From Mobula hypostoma (taxonomy: Eukaryota), in contig NC_086097.1 in assembly GCF_963921235.1 (NCBI RefSeq), positions 79,796,001 through 79,860,000 of the forward strand: a stretch of 64,000 bases of DNA, given 5' to 3'. Shown piece by piece: positions 39,186-53,440 of this stretch. The notes beneath the pieces were generated by a model. That model searched no databases and was not told the origin of the DNA. It worked only from the letters and a program-made list of their open reading frames with translations. Every line of letters begins with the position of its first letter. Position 1 is the first letter of the stretch. The position numbers and the translations under genes were made by a program.

Positions 39186-40344
39186 TATCTACCTGCTTGC
39201 ATACTCTGATCTGAATTCTTAAGAGCTTATTTCCCTGTCCCTGTTAAGATATCACTACATTTTGGAAATTAAAAATTATTTAATTTCCAAAATGGTGTTG
39301 TAAATTATGCAGTTTTCAAAAAATTAAATATTAGATGTGCCTTTTTCATTCACTTTCTAAAGATTGTGCCAGACTTTATTTTAATTGGTCCTTTCCTCAC
39401 GAGCAACATTTTTAGGAACCTAAAACTTTGAGAGAAGTAACTGACAAACCACCAGCTTTCATGTCTGAGGCTATGACACAGGCCAAAAAGTAAAATCCTC
39501 TCGGCCTGACATTGAAACACCTCAGTATAAGCTATTGGAGTTATAAAGCAGCTAGCCTAGATGTCTCCTGCCATTCTAATTTCGACACACACGTACCTGT
39601 CCCTCAATGTAGTCCACTGCCACTGAAAATTTCTTTCTTGACTGTATCATTTCCAGTCTTGATATATCCAATTACTTATTGCCAAGGTTTACATCCCCTG
39701 TTTTATTTAGGTACTAAAGAGAGCATTATTTTATTCCTTAAAATGAAACAATGCATCAGAAATAAATACATTTTAATTTATGGAAAGGCATGATGTGAGT
39801 TTTAAAACAAGATGCCTGCAAAGTAATTCTGCACAGGGAAAGAGAGTCATTGAATAGATGAATATTAACAATGGCCTTGTAAGGATCAAGCAACTTCAGC
39901 TGTTTTACCACTGACCTTCCTTTTGTCAAAAGGTCAGAAGTGACAATGTACACTGGTAATCTTTACTTCCATTATAATTCTCTGGAAAATGAAAATTAAA
40001 TATTTACATCTGTCATGACAGATTTCTGAAAAGAAAACTATCCAGGTAGAATGAAAATTCAAGGAAATGAGCATTTTTAATAAAAATAAGGCATTGTGGA
40101 ACTTGCCACAATTGAATAACTGTTCTCCAATTGAATAACTTAACTGTGGTTATTTTCAGATGGTTCCTACACATCAACAGCTGCAATGTACACTTTTTAA
40201 GACAACTGGGGGAGAGAGAGAGAGGGTAACTACAGATAAGTTGGCCTATCCTTATCAGGGAATATTGGATTGTATCAATGTCTTCTTTGCAATTTAACTT
40301 CCTCATGCCTGCTTGTGTTTTTATATGATTACCTACAATACATA

Positions 40345-42413
40345 CAGTGGATTCCAATTAATAGGGCTATCGGTATCCCAGGGCTGCCGCTTATTTGGGA
40401 CAACTTTTTTTTTAAATAAGCAACTATTCAAGTAAATAGCCTGAATTTCCTTCGTTCATTTGGGACACTATGCCACTTAATTGGGACAGCAGACTGCTGC
40501 TGAAATTTTGAACTAGCGTCAGTCATGTGTGTTTATGTAGCAGCTTTAGACACGATGCTGTGTTTGGAGCTAACAGTTATTAAACATTGTCAGTTTGTGC
40601 TTTAAAAAAAGCGGTGATATTTTGTCACTGTTACTTGGCGTGAAATAAGCAGCAAGACAACTCAGAATTGTCTTGTTCACTGCAATTTCAAGCATTGAAG
40701 CTTAGATGCAAGAAATGGCTGGGAGTATGAAACAATTTCACAACTTCATGTTAGTAACTACAAAGAATTTGAAGGTATTGACAATTATAAGACCATAAGT
40801 TACAGGAGAAGAATTAGGCCATTTGGCCCATTGAGATTGCTCCACCATTTCATCATAGCTGATCCAATTTTCCTTTCAGCCCCAATCTCCTGCCTTCTCC
40901 CCGGTGTTCCTTCACATCCTGACCAATCAAATATCTATTAACCTCTGCCTTAAATATATATAAAGACTTGGCCTCCACAGCTGCCTATGAGAAAGAATTA
41001 CACAGATTCACCACTCTCTGGCTAAAGAAATTCCTCATTTCCATCCTCAAAGGCCGCCCCTATATTTTGAGGCTGTGTTCTTGCGTCTTAGACTCTCCAC
41101 CATAGGAAACATCCTCTTCTCATCCACTCTATCAAGGCCATTCACTATTCCATAGGTTTCAATGAGGTCACCCAATCTTCTGAATTCTTGTGAATACAGG
41201 CCCAGAGCCATCAAACGCTCTTCATATGACAAACCATTGAATCCTAGAATCATTTTCATGAAGCTCCTTTGAACCCACTCCAGTTTCAGCACATCCTTTC
41301 TAAGATAAGGGGACCTAAACTGCTCACAATGCTCCAAGTGAGGCCTCACCAGTCTCAACATTACATCCTTGCTTTTGTAGTCTAGTCCTCTTGAAATGAA
41401 GCTAATGAATGCATTTACCTTCCTCACCACAGACTCAACGTGCAAAGTACACAACATCAACCAAATTTCCTTTGTCTATTCAGCTTGCTATTTCTTCAAA
41501 GAATTCCAACAAATTTGTTAGGCATGATTTAACCTTGAGGAAACAGCCTATCTTATCATGTGCCTATAAATACCCTGAGACCTCATCCTTAATAATCAAC
41601 TCCAACATCTTCCCAGCCACTGAGGTCAGACTAACTGGCCTATAGTTTTCTTTCTTCTGCCTCTCTCCCCTCTTAAAGTAGAGGGACATCTGCAATTTTC
41701 CAATCTTTCAGAATCACTCCAGAATATAGTGATTCCTTGAAGGATCATTACTCGTGTCTCCACGATCTCTTCAGTCACCTCCTTCAGAGCTGTGCGATAT
41801 ACCATCTAGTCCAGGTGACATCTACCTTCAGACCCTTTGTTTCCCAAGAACCTTCTCTCTATTATCTTGAATTATAAAACCTAATTGAACCTTCTTCAAT
41901 TATCTTGAATGTTACAATGAAAATGAAGATTTGCAGGGTGCAACAACCTCTAACTAGCATTAGTTACATACATTTATGTGGCTAATAGACACTACACTGT
42001 GATTAGAGTGAAGAATTGTTAAATAGAGGCAATGTTATTCATTTGGGCTAACTTACTCCAAATTAAAAGCAGTGATTGTTGCCACTACTTCACGCAGGAA
42101 GGTAATGAAGGTAGCCCATTATCTACACTAGGTCTCTGCATTGATTTTGTTTATTTACAGTAAATCAAAACAACATAGCAGCATATACTGTATGAATTCC
42201 TCCGTTGTCTAACTATAAGGAACTAATATAGTTTTATAGTATTGCAGTAATATTGGTAGTGTTTTAATTTGTTCTGTATTTCCTTTAAGTACATAATTTG
42301 TTATTTAGTTAAACGTTGTCTTTTTTAAACTATTGCCATGAAACTTCGGCTAATTAGGGTAGTCACTTAATCGGGCCAAAATGTACTGGCCCCAATGCAC
42401 CTGGAATTCATTG
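40345..42413. mobile_element. Tigger/pogo-like non-autonomous DNA transposon with TA flanks, interrupted by a CR1
   Basis: ta|CAGTGGATTCC...GGAATTCATTG|ta; internal sequence is homologous to 9925-10510. Confidence 0.65.
40787..41860 (-). mobile_element. CR1 3' fragment with internal deletions
   Basis: LVRPHLEHCEQFRSPYLRKD..GDLIETY; tail seen as ataagaccataag on +. Confidence 0.85.
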
Positions 42414-43109
42414 TACATTTCTTTAGTGGTCACAGTATGTATATGAAATTGTTCAGTGTGTCCTTTAGTGATTACAGTTCTTTCTGAAAGCCTCTTTGGT
42501 ATCACAGTATTTGAATAGGGGCCATCTGATTGGTTAACTCTATCTACAAATTTGAATGGAACATCTACTTATCTATAGTATAAGAGGCACATTGGCTCAC
42601 CATCTTTAGTCTTATCCTCCTGCTACTGTCTATTTCTGATTCATTTGTTCTATTAGCACTTAATAAAACTATTGTGAAGCAACAAGATTTATACCTTGGT
42701 CTTGACTTCAGAAAGAATCTTGGATTAAAAACAGAATTCAACAGGAAGATATCAAAATCTATTATTAAAGAAGTAGTTGCAGAGCTCCTATAATAGGACT
42801 GTTCATCTATAAGAGAGAACATTGAATTATGAAAGGAAAATAATTTTTGACAATCAGCTGGAGTGTTTGAGGTTGTAACTTAACAGAAGAGAGCACAAGG
42901 TTGATGTGGTGTATTTAAACTTCTGCAAGACCTTTGATAAGATGGTACAGATGTGTATATTACAGAAAATTAGAGAGCACATCTTTTTTGGATTGGGAGA
43001 CTGTGATTAGTGGGATACTGCAAGGAAAAATGCTGCTCCACAACTGTACACAACCTGTATCAATTACTTTGAAGAGAGGATAATGCGCAATATATCTAAG
43101 TGCAAATAA

Positions 43110-43592
43110 TTGTCCAAGACATTTTTATTGTGATTGCAAGACCCTGTTGGACATTGGTAATGTAAAATACACAAGTCTGGTTCACTGGTGAGAATGACAG
43201 CCGGGGAGTTCCGCTGCCTCGGTTGTTACAAGGACCAGGCTCTCATGCCACAGTATTGCCCGTTGCAGCTGCCCAGGAAAGAGCAGTGGCCTCTGAGGGT
43301 GCACTGGAATCTGTGCTGGGCTGGTGGCTGGCCCCTCCCACTGGTGCTGCTTCTCCAGTGTTCACCCAGTGGAAGACAAGCTGAACTAGGACAACATCCA
43401 CGCACCATCAATCTATAGGCCATGCCACTCAAGGATTTGGATTTTTTTTTTGTGATTGCATGTTTTTCTGACATTGTAACACTATGCACTGTGTGATGTG
43501 CGCTGCTGGTACTGTGTTTTGCACTTTGGCCCTGGAGGGAATGCTCTTTCATATGGCTGTATTCGTATATGGTTGAATCCCAAACTATAATC
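43110..43592 (+). mobile_element. Copy of the unclassified 8122-8890 repeat family
   Basis: Colinear similarity with about 8340-8870. Confidence 0.55.
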
Positions 43593-44193
43593 AATGCACA
43601 GCAGGCTGACCTATGAGTACCTGTTGTCTAGATGGGCCAGAGCAGAGTGAGGAACCAGAGAAACTGCATCTGTTTTTGACCTATTATTGCAGGGGACAAA
43701 CTGGAGCGAATCTAAGTCTTCTGAGCCAGAAGCGGATTCACCAAGTAATGTTTTTAAGTATTGCATTAGTCCTGAGCATACTAGCATTCACACCCTGAGA
43801 AAAAATAAAATATGTGAATTGAATTTATTTTATTACATTGCAAACTATACCTGCAGCATACTTTCCCAAAGGTTCATCAGCACTGGCCAAAACCTCAGTG
43901 TGAAGATGAGTGCCCAAAGACAAAGGAAAGCTCCTGAGACACCTGAAACCCGACACTGTTGCTGTAGCACACAAGGCAACCAATGGGAAGGAGCTGTTAC
44001 ATTCTTCAAACTGGCCAATCAATGACTGGCATGGCAGCAGCAGCTTTCAAACGGCAAATAAAATGAACCTTCACATTAGTCTCAGAAATAAAATAATAAT
44101 TGAATCAATTAAATTAACCTTTTTTCAATTTCTTATTTTCAGTTCAGTAATATTCTCTCAACTGATAAACGTATTTTATACAGAGTGAATTAA

Positions 44194-44522
44194 GGGTGGT
44201 ACAGTATCATAGTGGTTGTGTAACACTTTACAGTGCTACCAACAGGAAAATTGGGGTTCAATTCCAGCCGTTGTCTGTAAGAACTTTGTACATTCTCCTT
44301 GTGATCAAGTGGGTTTCTTCCAATGCTCTGGTTCCTCCCACATTCCAAAAACGTACAGGTTAGGGTTAGTAAGTTGTGAGTATGCTATGTTTGTGCTAGA
44401 ACCATGGCGAGACTTGCAGGCTGTCCCCAGCACGTCCTCGGACTGTGTTGGTCCTCGACACAAACAACACATTTCACTATATTTCAATGTTTTGATGTAA
44501 ATGTGACAAATAAAACCAATCT
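44194..44522 (+). mobile_element. tRNA-derived V-SINE (HE1-like) with a non-CR1 tail
   Basis: B-box ggttcaattcc; V-domain tttgtacattctcc..gtgggtttc..gctctggttcctcccacattccaaaaacgt; tail atgtgacaaataaaaccaatct. Confidence 0.75.
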
Positions 44523-45525
44523 GAATATGGCAATTTCTTTGTATTTTATGAACTATCTTTAGGTAATTCCACTGGCGGGGGGAAGGCAAAATAGGAAAGT
44601 TATAGAAGGGATAGGGGAGAACAAAGTGAAAAACATAATTGTTCCCAAACTGCCCAAGTAAAAGTCTTAAGTAAGCAAAATATTTAATATTTAAATATTA
44701 AATAATCTCCGTTGCTTGTGTACATCAAGATGTTGAGTAGCTGCTCACCCATTGCAATATCTACCATATATCTTTCATTATCTGCACACTATCTTCTACA
44801 CTCCCACAAGTTCAATTTTAGCTCAGCTTAACTGCAAGAATATGCAGAACAGGACGACAGTTAGCACTGAGGTGAATCAAAATCACTGCAGGACAGTTAC
44901 AGCTGAGATATAAACAACGTGGGGGAGGGGAAAGTGCCCATGCCTCTCACAAATTAAAACACTAATTCTTCACTGAGGGCAGATGGAGAAAGAAGATAAA
45001 AGTAGTACTTTTCAGACTATTTGCTCTGAGGAAAAACAGCTGTTGAAAGATGAACCTTGTCATCAGATAGCCTGAGTACTCGCTGCTTCTCTGATGATAA
45101 AGAAGTCTTCAAATGAACCAAAAATATGTGACCATTAGGTGTACATGAAATATAATTATGAACCAATTTGTTTACAGCACTCAGCTGTACTCTAGATGCA
45201 ATTTACAGGTAATGACTAAGTTTCATAAATTAACCACATTGAGAAAGCAGGAATGTCAGCGAAGCTGAAGGAAAACGTGTTCATTGTTCTGAATTACTCT
45301 CATGTAGGAAACAGGTGCTTAGCTTGACACTTCTATCAGCGGGATACATGGCTTTCATTGACCCATTGATGGAAACTTGCTGACAGGATCAGAGTACTTA
45401 AGCATTAACTGCAACACAATTCTTCCTTTATCATTAGTTGGAATCTGACTTGTGTTACTGCATTACTTTTGCACATCATCGTGTTTATACTACATGACCA
45501 GACTGGCACAATTACTAACATTATT

Positions 45526-45812
45526 GGCACCATGGTCCTGTAGTAGTTAGCACAACACTATTACAGCTTGGATGTTGGAGTTCAGAGTTCAATCCTGGTG
45601 GCTTCCATAAGAAGTTTGTACATCCTCCCTGTGGAATGCATAGGTTTAGTCCGGGTGCTTCAGTTTCCTCCCACAGTCCAAAGACATACTGGTTAGTAAA
45701 TCAATTAGTTATTATAAATTGTTGTGTGGTTAGGCTAGGGTTAAATCAGGGGTTGCTGGGCGGCTCGGCTTGAAAGGCTGCAAAAGCCTATTCTGTGCTG
45801 TACCTCTAAGCT
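45526..45812 (+). mobile_element. tRNA-derived V-SINE (HE1-like) with a CR1-type tail
   Basis: B-box gagttcaatcc; V-domain gtttgtacatcctccctgtg..ccgggtgcttcagtttcctcccacagtccaaagac; tail gaaaggc..gcctattctgtgctgta. Confidence 0.75.
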
Positions 45813-46667
45813 AAACTTATCAGTGCAGAAGGCACAATTTTAATACGTTGTAAAATGTGAAAGTAAATGTCAAAGTACGCAATGTCCATGAGCAACTTTG
45901 ACAAGCATTTGCACAAGGTGTAAGCACTGATTTGTTTAAAGCTTGCATATTGGAAAAAGCACAAAGATGGAACATTAAGGTAGCCTTCAAAATGTCTTTA
46001 TATAAAGAAAAACAGGAAGCAATTCATTCATTTAAGAATAGGCAAATAAGAGCTACTAGCAGACCTGAAAACTGAAAGCAATTGAACTGTATCAGAGTTA
46101 ATATAGTGAACAAGTGGTGTTGTCCTAAATCTCCTGTAGCAGTGCAGCATGCAGAAGCAACAAAAACATGTCAAGGTCAAGATTTCTAGTTTTTGGTAGC
46201 TAAGTACACAAAATTTCCAGACTTGCTCTGCTCAACAGCAGCTGTGTAGTTCCTCTCCCACTGGTTTGTACATCCCTCATATATCCAACCAGGAAAGTCA
46301 CTGCAACTAAATTTAATAACACACATGCATAGTTAAGCCTAAATGCATATACAAGCAATGATTTTCTGAGAATACATTTAAAAGCAGTTACTTATTGATC
46401 TTGCATTCTGATCTTGATCTTAAAAAGACTTTCTTCTACTGCATAAGGTATAACCAATATTACTGAGTAGTTCTGAAATATATGAATTGCACTAATTCAA
46501 AACAAGCAAACAAAACAGTTTCCGGGTTTGTTGAATGGCTTTTGACCTGAAGGATTAACTGGTTTCCTCTCTCTGTAGTTCCAGTCTGTTGAGCATTTCC
46601 ATAATCTTCTGCTTTTATTTCAGCTTTCCAGCACCTGCACTATTTCATTTTAGTGTTTTTTTAAAAA

Positions 46668-49600
46668 AGCATAGAACATGGAATAGTACAGCACATTACA
46701 GGCCCTTTGGCCCACAATGTTGTGCCGACCCTCAAACCCTGCTTCCCATATAACCCCCTACCTTAAATTCCTCCATATACCTGTCTAGTAGTCTCTTAAA
46801 CTTCACTAGTGTATTTGCCTCCACCACTGACTCAGGCAGTGCATTCTACGCACCAACCACTCTGAGTTTAAAAAAAAAACCTTCCTCTAATATCCCCCGT
46901 GAAATTCCCACCCCTTAAAGCCATGTCCTCTTGTATTGAGCAGTGGTGCCCTGGGGAAGAGGCACTGGCTATCCACTCTATCTATTCCTCTTATTAGCTT
47001 GTACACCTCTACCATGTCTCCTCTCATCCTCCTTCTCTCCAAAGAGTAAAGTCCTAGCTCCCTTAATCTCTGATCATAATGCATACTCTCTAAACCAGGC
47101 AGCATCCTGGTAAATCTCCTCTGTACCCTTTCCAATGCTTCCACATCCTTCCTATAGTGAGGCGACCAGAACTGGACACAGTACTCCAAGCGTGGCCTAA
47201 CCAGAGTTTTGCAGAGCTACATCATTACATTGCGTCTCTTAAACTCTATCCCTCAATTTATGAAAGCTAACACCCCATAAGCTGTCTTAACTACCCTATC
47301 TACCTATGAGGCAACTTTCAGGGATCTGGGGACATGTATCCCCAGATCCCTCTACTCCTCCACACTACCAAGTATCCTGCCATTTACTTTGTACTCTGCC
47401 TTGGAGTTTGTCCTTCCAAAGTGTACCACCTCATACTTCTCCGGGTTGAACTCCATCTGCCACTTCTCAGCCCACTTCTGCATCTTATCAATGTCTCTCT
47501 GCAATCTTCGACAATCCTCTACACTATCTACAACACTCCCAACCTTTGTGTCGTCTGCAAACTTGCCAACCCACCCTTCTACCCCCACATCCAGGTTGTT
47601 AATAAAAAATCACGAAAAGTAGAGGTCCCACAACAGATACTTGTGGGACACCACTAGTCACAACCCTCCAATCTGAATGTACTCCCTCCACCATGACACT
47701 CTGCCTTCTGCAGGCAAGCCAATTCTGAATCCACCTGGCCAAACTTCCCTGGATCCCATGCCTTCTGACTTTCTGAATAAGCCTATCATGTGGAACCTTG
47801 TCAAATGCCTTATTAAAATCCATGTAGATCACATCCACTGCACTGCACCATTTATATGCCTCAAAGTCGTCTATCAGGCTTGTTAGACACGATCTGCCCT
47901 TCACAAAGCCATGCTGACTGTCCCTGATCAGTCTATGATTCTCCAAATGCCCATAGATCCTATCTCTAATAATCTTTTCCAAACAGCTTTCCCACCACAG
48001 ACGTAAGGCTCACTGGTCTATAATTACCCAGACTGAACCTACTAGCTTTTCTGAACAAGAGGATAACATTCGCCTCCCTCCAATCCTCCAGTACCATTCC
48101 CGTGGACAACGAGGACATAAAGATCCTAGCCATAGGCTCAGCAATCTCTTCCCTCACCTCATGGAGCAGCCTGGGGAATATTCTGTCAGGCCCCGGGGAC
48201 TTATCCATCCTAATGTATTTTAACAACTCCAACACCTCCTCTCCCTTAATATCATCATGCTCCAGAACATCAGCCTCACTCATATTGTCCTCACCATCAT
48301 CAAGTTCCCTCTCATTGGTGAATACTGAAGAGAAGTATTCATTGAGGACCTCCCTCACTTCCACAGCCTCCAGGCACATCTTCCCATCTTTATCTCTAAT
48401 CAGTCCTACCTTCACTCCTGTTATCCTTTTGTTCTTCACATAATTGAAGAATGCCTTAGGGTTTTCCTTTACCTGACTCGCCAAGGCCTTCTCATGCCCC
48501 CTTCTTAAGCTCCTTTCTTGCTTCCCTATATTCCTCAACAGACACCTCTGATCCTTCCTTCCTAAACCTCATGTATGCTGCCCTCTTCCATCTGACTAGA
48601 TTTTCCACCTCACTTGTCACCCACAGTTCCTTCATCGTACCATTCTTTACCTTCCTCACCGGGACAAATTTATCCCTAACACCCTGCAAGAGATCTCTAA
48701 ACATCGACCACATATCCATAGTACATTTCCCTGCAAAAACATCATCCCAATTCACACCTGCAAGTTCTAGCCTTATAACCTCATAATTTGCCCTTCCCAA
48801 TTAAAAATTTTCCTGTCCTCTGATTCTATCCTTTTCCATGATAATGCTAAAGGCCAGGGAGTGGTGGTCACTGTCCCCCAGGTGCTCACCCACTGAGAGA
48901 TCTGTGACCTGACCCGGTTCGTTACATAATACTAGATCTAGTATGGCATTCCCCCTAGTCGGCCTGTTAACATACTGTGACAGGAATCCATCCTGGACAT
49001 ACTTAACAAACTCTGCCCCATCTAATCTTGGAACTAATTAGGTGCCAATCAATGTTAGGGAAGTTAAAGTCACCCATGATAACAACCCTGGTATTTTTGC
49101 ACCTTTCCAAAATCAGCCTCTCAATCTGCTGCTTTGTATCTCTGCTGCTACCAGGGGGCCTATAAAATACCCCCAATAGAGTAACTGCTTCCTTCCTGTT
49201 CCTGACTTCCACCCATACTGACTCAAAAGAGGATCCTGCTACATTACCCACCCTTTCTGTAGCTGTAATAGTATCCCTGACCAGTAATGCCACCCCTCCT
49301 CCTCTCCCCCCGCCCCATCCCTTTTAAAGCACTGAAATCCAGGAATATTGAGAATCCATTCCCGCCCTGGTGCCAGCCAAGTCTCTGTAATGGCCACTAC
49401 ATCATAATTCAATGTATGTATCCAAGCTCTCAGTTCATCACCTTTGTTCCTGATGCTTCTTGCATTGAAGTACACACACTAGCCCTCTACCTTACTACCT
49501 TTACACCATTTATTCTGCTTCTCTTTCCTCAAACCCTCTCTATATGTTAGATCTGGCTTTACTCCATGCACTTCTTTCACTGCTCTATCGCTCCACTTCC

Positions 49601-50370
49601 CACCCCCCTTGCAAATTAGTTTAAACCCTCCCCAACCATGCTAGCAAAACCTACCTGCAGGGATATTGCTCCCCCTTGAGTTCAGGTGCAACCCATCCAA
49701 TCTGTACAGGTCCCACCTTCCCCAGAAGAGATCCCAATGATCCAAAAATCTAAAACACTGCTCCCTGCACCAACTCTTCAGCCACGCATTCAACTGCCAT
49801 CTCCTCCATTTCTTACCATCACTGTCACGTAGCACTGGCAGCAATCCTAAGAATGCCACCCTTGAGGTCCTGTTCTTCAGCTTTCTGCCTAGTTCCCGAA
49901 ACTCACACTTCAGGACCTCATCCCTCTTACTGCCTATGTCATTGGTATCAACATGTATCATGACTTCTGGTTGCTTTCCCTCTCGTACCAGGATGTCGTG
50001 CACCCGGTCAGAGACATCCAGGACCCTGGTGCCCGGGAGGCAACAAACCATACGGGTGTCCTTCTCACGTCCACAAAATCTCCTGTCTGCTCCCCTGACT
50101 ATAGAGTCTCCAATGACGACAGCTCTCCTCTTCTCCGTCCCACCTTTCTGCATTACAGGGTCAGACTGAGTGCCAGAGGCCCTGCCACAGTGACTCACAC
50201 CTGGTCGGTCATCCCCGCCAACAGTATCCAGGATGGTAAACATTATTCAGGGGTGCTCTGCACTACCTGTCTACTCACCTTCGCTTTCCCCCCTCTGACT
50301 GTCACCCAACGACCTGCTTCCAATAGCCTAGGTGTGACTACCTCCCTGTAGCTCTCACTACCTCCCTGTA
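46668..50370 (-). mobile_element. CR1 LINE with SGNH-esterase ORF1 and disrupted ORF2
   Basis: VVIGDSIVRG..CLPG..TNDIG..DGLHLN (49641-50243); YFNARSIRNK, TETW, GDFNFP, KSPGPD, KAFDKVPH, KFADD and EYCVQFWSP. Confidence 0.95.
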
Positions 50371-51039
50371 ACAATTGGTTACTTACAGTTTCATAAGCAA
50401 AACTCTGTCTTTTCTTTGAGAAATTCCATTGTCTTTTGTTCTTGTCATCAAGCAATCAACATTGTAGCAAGGTATACCTTGGAATCGTTGACCATCTACA
50501 CTACTTTCCGGTCAAGATGTCGCCTGCTTACAACGCTCCTTCGGTCAACATCTTCTGGATAGTGATGAAACCAGATACAGTATTTCACCACTTTTATGTA
50601 TTTTATGTTTTTTTTGTATTGAATGTGGTTCTAGAACTGTTGGAGCCTGTGATTTGGCATTTGGATATTGTTTGGGTATTCCAGCGCTCTGCAATCTCTG
50701 GGAGCATTCCAGGAGGCGGAGGTGGTGAGCGAGGGCAGGCTGTAAGACGGGGTGCAAGCCAATGTTCAACTCTATTTCGCCGATTAAAACTTCCATTCTT
50801 CATTAATTAAAGTGATGAGGGAGATTGAAACCTCAAGCAATTGTATTATAATGTTTTTCTGAATTTGTTATACTAGTCACTCTGGAAGCCTGCATTGAAT
50901 TTATGCAGAAATAATTCTAAACTGCATATATTTTCAGGTGATACATTTCATGACCTGCAAAGGCTCAGGGATATCCTCAACTGCTTTATTCCACCAGCAG
51001 TTTTCTTTCAGAACTCATAAATATTATTTTATTTTCTGC

Positions 51040-53305
51040 TTTTCTAGAGCAGTTTATGGTTAATCCCACTAGGGTAAAGTCAATTCTGGATTGGGTGTTG
51101 TGTAATAAACCGGATTTGATTGGGGCGCTTAAGTAAAGGAACGCTTAGGAGACAGTGATCATAATATGATAGAATTCACACAGCAGTTTGAGAGAGAAAA
51201 GTTAGATGGATCAGTATTACAGTGGAGCAAAGGAAATTAGAGGCATGAAAGGGAGCTGACCACAGTTTATTGGATGGGGACACTAGTGGGGATGATAGCA
51301 GTACAACAATGGTTGGAGTTTCTGGGAGCAAGTTGGAAGACACAGGATGGAAACATCCCAAAGATTAACAGGTGTTCTAAAGGCAGGGTGATGGAACCAT
51401 GGCTGACAAGGGAAGTCAAAGACAGCATAAGAGTAAAAGTGAGGGTAGATAATGTAGCAAAAATTAGTGGTAAATTAGAGGATTGGGAAGCTTCAAAAAT
51501 AACAAAAGAAGGCAACTTAAAAAGGCCATGAGGAGAGATAAGATAAAATATAAAGGTAGTCTAGCCAATAATATAAAAAGAGGTTACCAAAAGGTTTTTC
51601 AGATATATAGAGTAAAACAGAGTCCAAACAAAATATCAGATTGCTAGAAGATAATGCTGGAGAGGAGGTAATAGGGGACAAAGAAATGGCGGATGAACTT
51701 AAGTATTTTGCATCAGTCTTCATTATGGAAGGCAGTAGCAGTATGCCAGAAATTTGAGTGTCAGGAGGTAGAAGGGAATGTAGTTACTATGACTAAGGAG
51801 GTGCTTAGACGCTGAAAAGTCTGAAGGTAGATAAGTCACCTAGACCAGATGGACTACACTCCAGGGTTCTGAAAGAGGTAGCTGAAGAGATTGTGGAGGC
51901 ATTCGTAATGATCTTTCAAGAATCACTAGATTCTGGAATGATTTCAGAGAACTGGAAAGTTGCCAATGCCACTCCATTCTTTAAGAAGGGAGGTAGGCAG
52001 AAGAAAATAACTTGTAGTCCAGTTAGCCTGACATCAGTCAGTAGGAAGATGGAGTCAGTTATCAAAGATGAGAGTTTAGGATACTTGGAAGCACATGATA
52101 AAATAGCGGTTTCCTGAGAGAAAATCTCGCCGGACAAATCTGTTGGAATTTTTTGAGGAAATAACAAGCTGGATAGACAATGGCAAACCAGTGGATGTTG
52201 TGTCCTTTGATCTTCAGAAGACCTTTGTCAAGGTGTCACACATGTGGCTGCTAACAAGACAGGAGCCCATGGTATTACAAGAAAGATACTAGCATGGATA
52301 GAAGATTGACTGACTGGCAGAAGGCAAAGAATGAGAATAAAGGGGGTCTTTTCTGGTTGGCTGCTGGTAACTAGTGGTGTTCCATGGAGTCAGTGCTGGG
52401 ACTGCTTTTTTTCTCGTTATATATCAGTGATAATTTTGTGGTCCTGTTTGCAGACAATACAAATATAGGTGGGGGTGGAGGTCGTATTGTGGAGGGACTT
52501 AGAAAGATTGGGAGAATAGGCAAAGAAGTGGTAGATGGAATATAGCGAAAGGAAGTGTATGGTAATATACTTTATTAGAAGGAGAAAATACAAACTATTT
52601 TCTAAAAGGGGAGAAAATTCAAAAATCAGAGGTGCAAAGGGACTTGCAAGTTAATGTGCAGATTTCTCTAAAAGTTAACTTGCAGGTTGAGTCCAATGGT
52701 AATGAAGACAAATGCAATGTTAGCATTCATTTCAAGAGGACTAGAATATAAAAGCAAGGATGCAATTCTGAAGCTGAATAAGGCATTGATCAGCCTCCAT
52801 GTGAGCAGTTTTGGGCCCTTTATCTAAGAAAAGATCTTCTGGCATTGAAGAGGGTCCAGAAGAGGTTCATGAGAATGAATGGTTAATGTGTCAGGAGCAT
52901 TTGATGTCCTCACTTAAATTCAGAAAAATGAGGTGTGATCTCATTGAAACCTATCAAATATTAAATGGCCCAGATAGAGTGGATGTTTCCTATGGTGGGC
53001 GAATTTACAACCAGAGGGCACAGCCTTAGAATAGAAGAACTTCCATTTAGAACAGCAATGAGGAGGCCTTTCTTTAACCAGAGAGTAGTGAATCTGTGGA
53101 ATTCTTTGCCACAGACGGCTGTGAAGGCCAAACAATTGGATATACTTAAAGTGGAGTTTGATAGGTTCTTAATTAGTCAGGGCATCAAAGGTTACAGGAA
53201 GAAGACACGAGAATAAGGTTGAGAGAGATAATAAATCAGCCATGATGGAATTGTGGAACAGACTCAATGGGCTGACTAGCCTAATTCTGCTCCCATGTCT
53301 TATGG
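51040..53305 (+). mobile_element. Decayed CR1 ORF2 with 3' end
   Basis: SDHN, PWLTREVK, WKVANATPFFKKG and RVVNLWNSLP; 3' cctaattctgctcccatgtcttatgg. Confidence 0.88.
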
Positions 53306-53307
53306 AT

Positions 53308-53440
53308 CAATTAACCTACTAATCCCTATGTTTTTGGAATGTATAAGAAAACCGGAGCACCCGGAGGAAACCACATAATAATGCGGAAAACATAGAAACC
53401 CCTTACAGAGAGTGATGGGATCTAATCATAATGCTGATGT
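53308..53440 (-). mobile_element. V-SINE fragment
   Basis: tttttggaatg..aaaccggagcacccggaggaaacc is the reverse complement of the V-domain. Confidence 0.65.

Noticed and set aside
44194..44270. tRNA gene
   Set aside because: Only a degenerate SINE head with a B-box; no cloverleaf, and it runs into the V-domain.
44681..44704. 24-bp perfect AT-only palindrome
   Set aside because: Low complexity; easily produced by slippage in AT-rich intron sequence.
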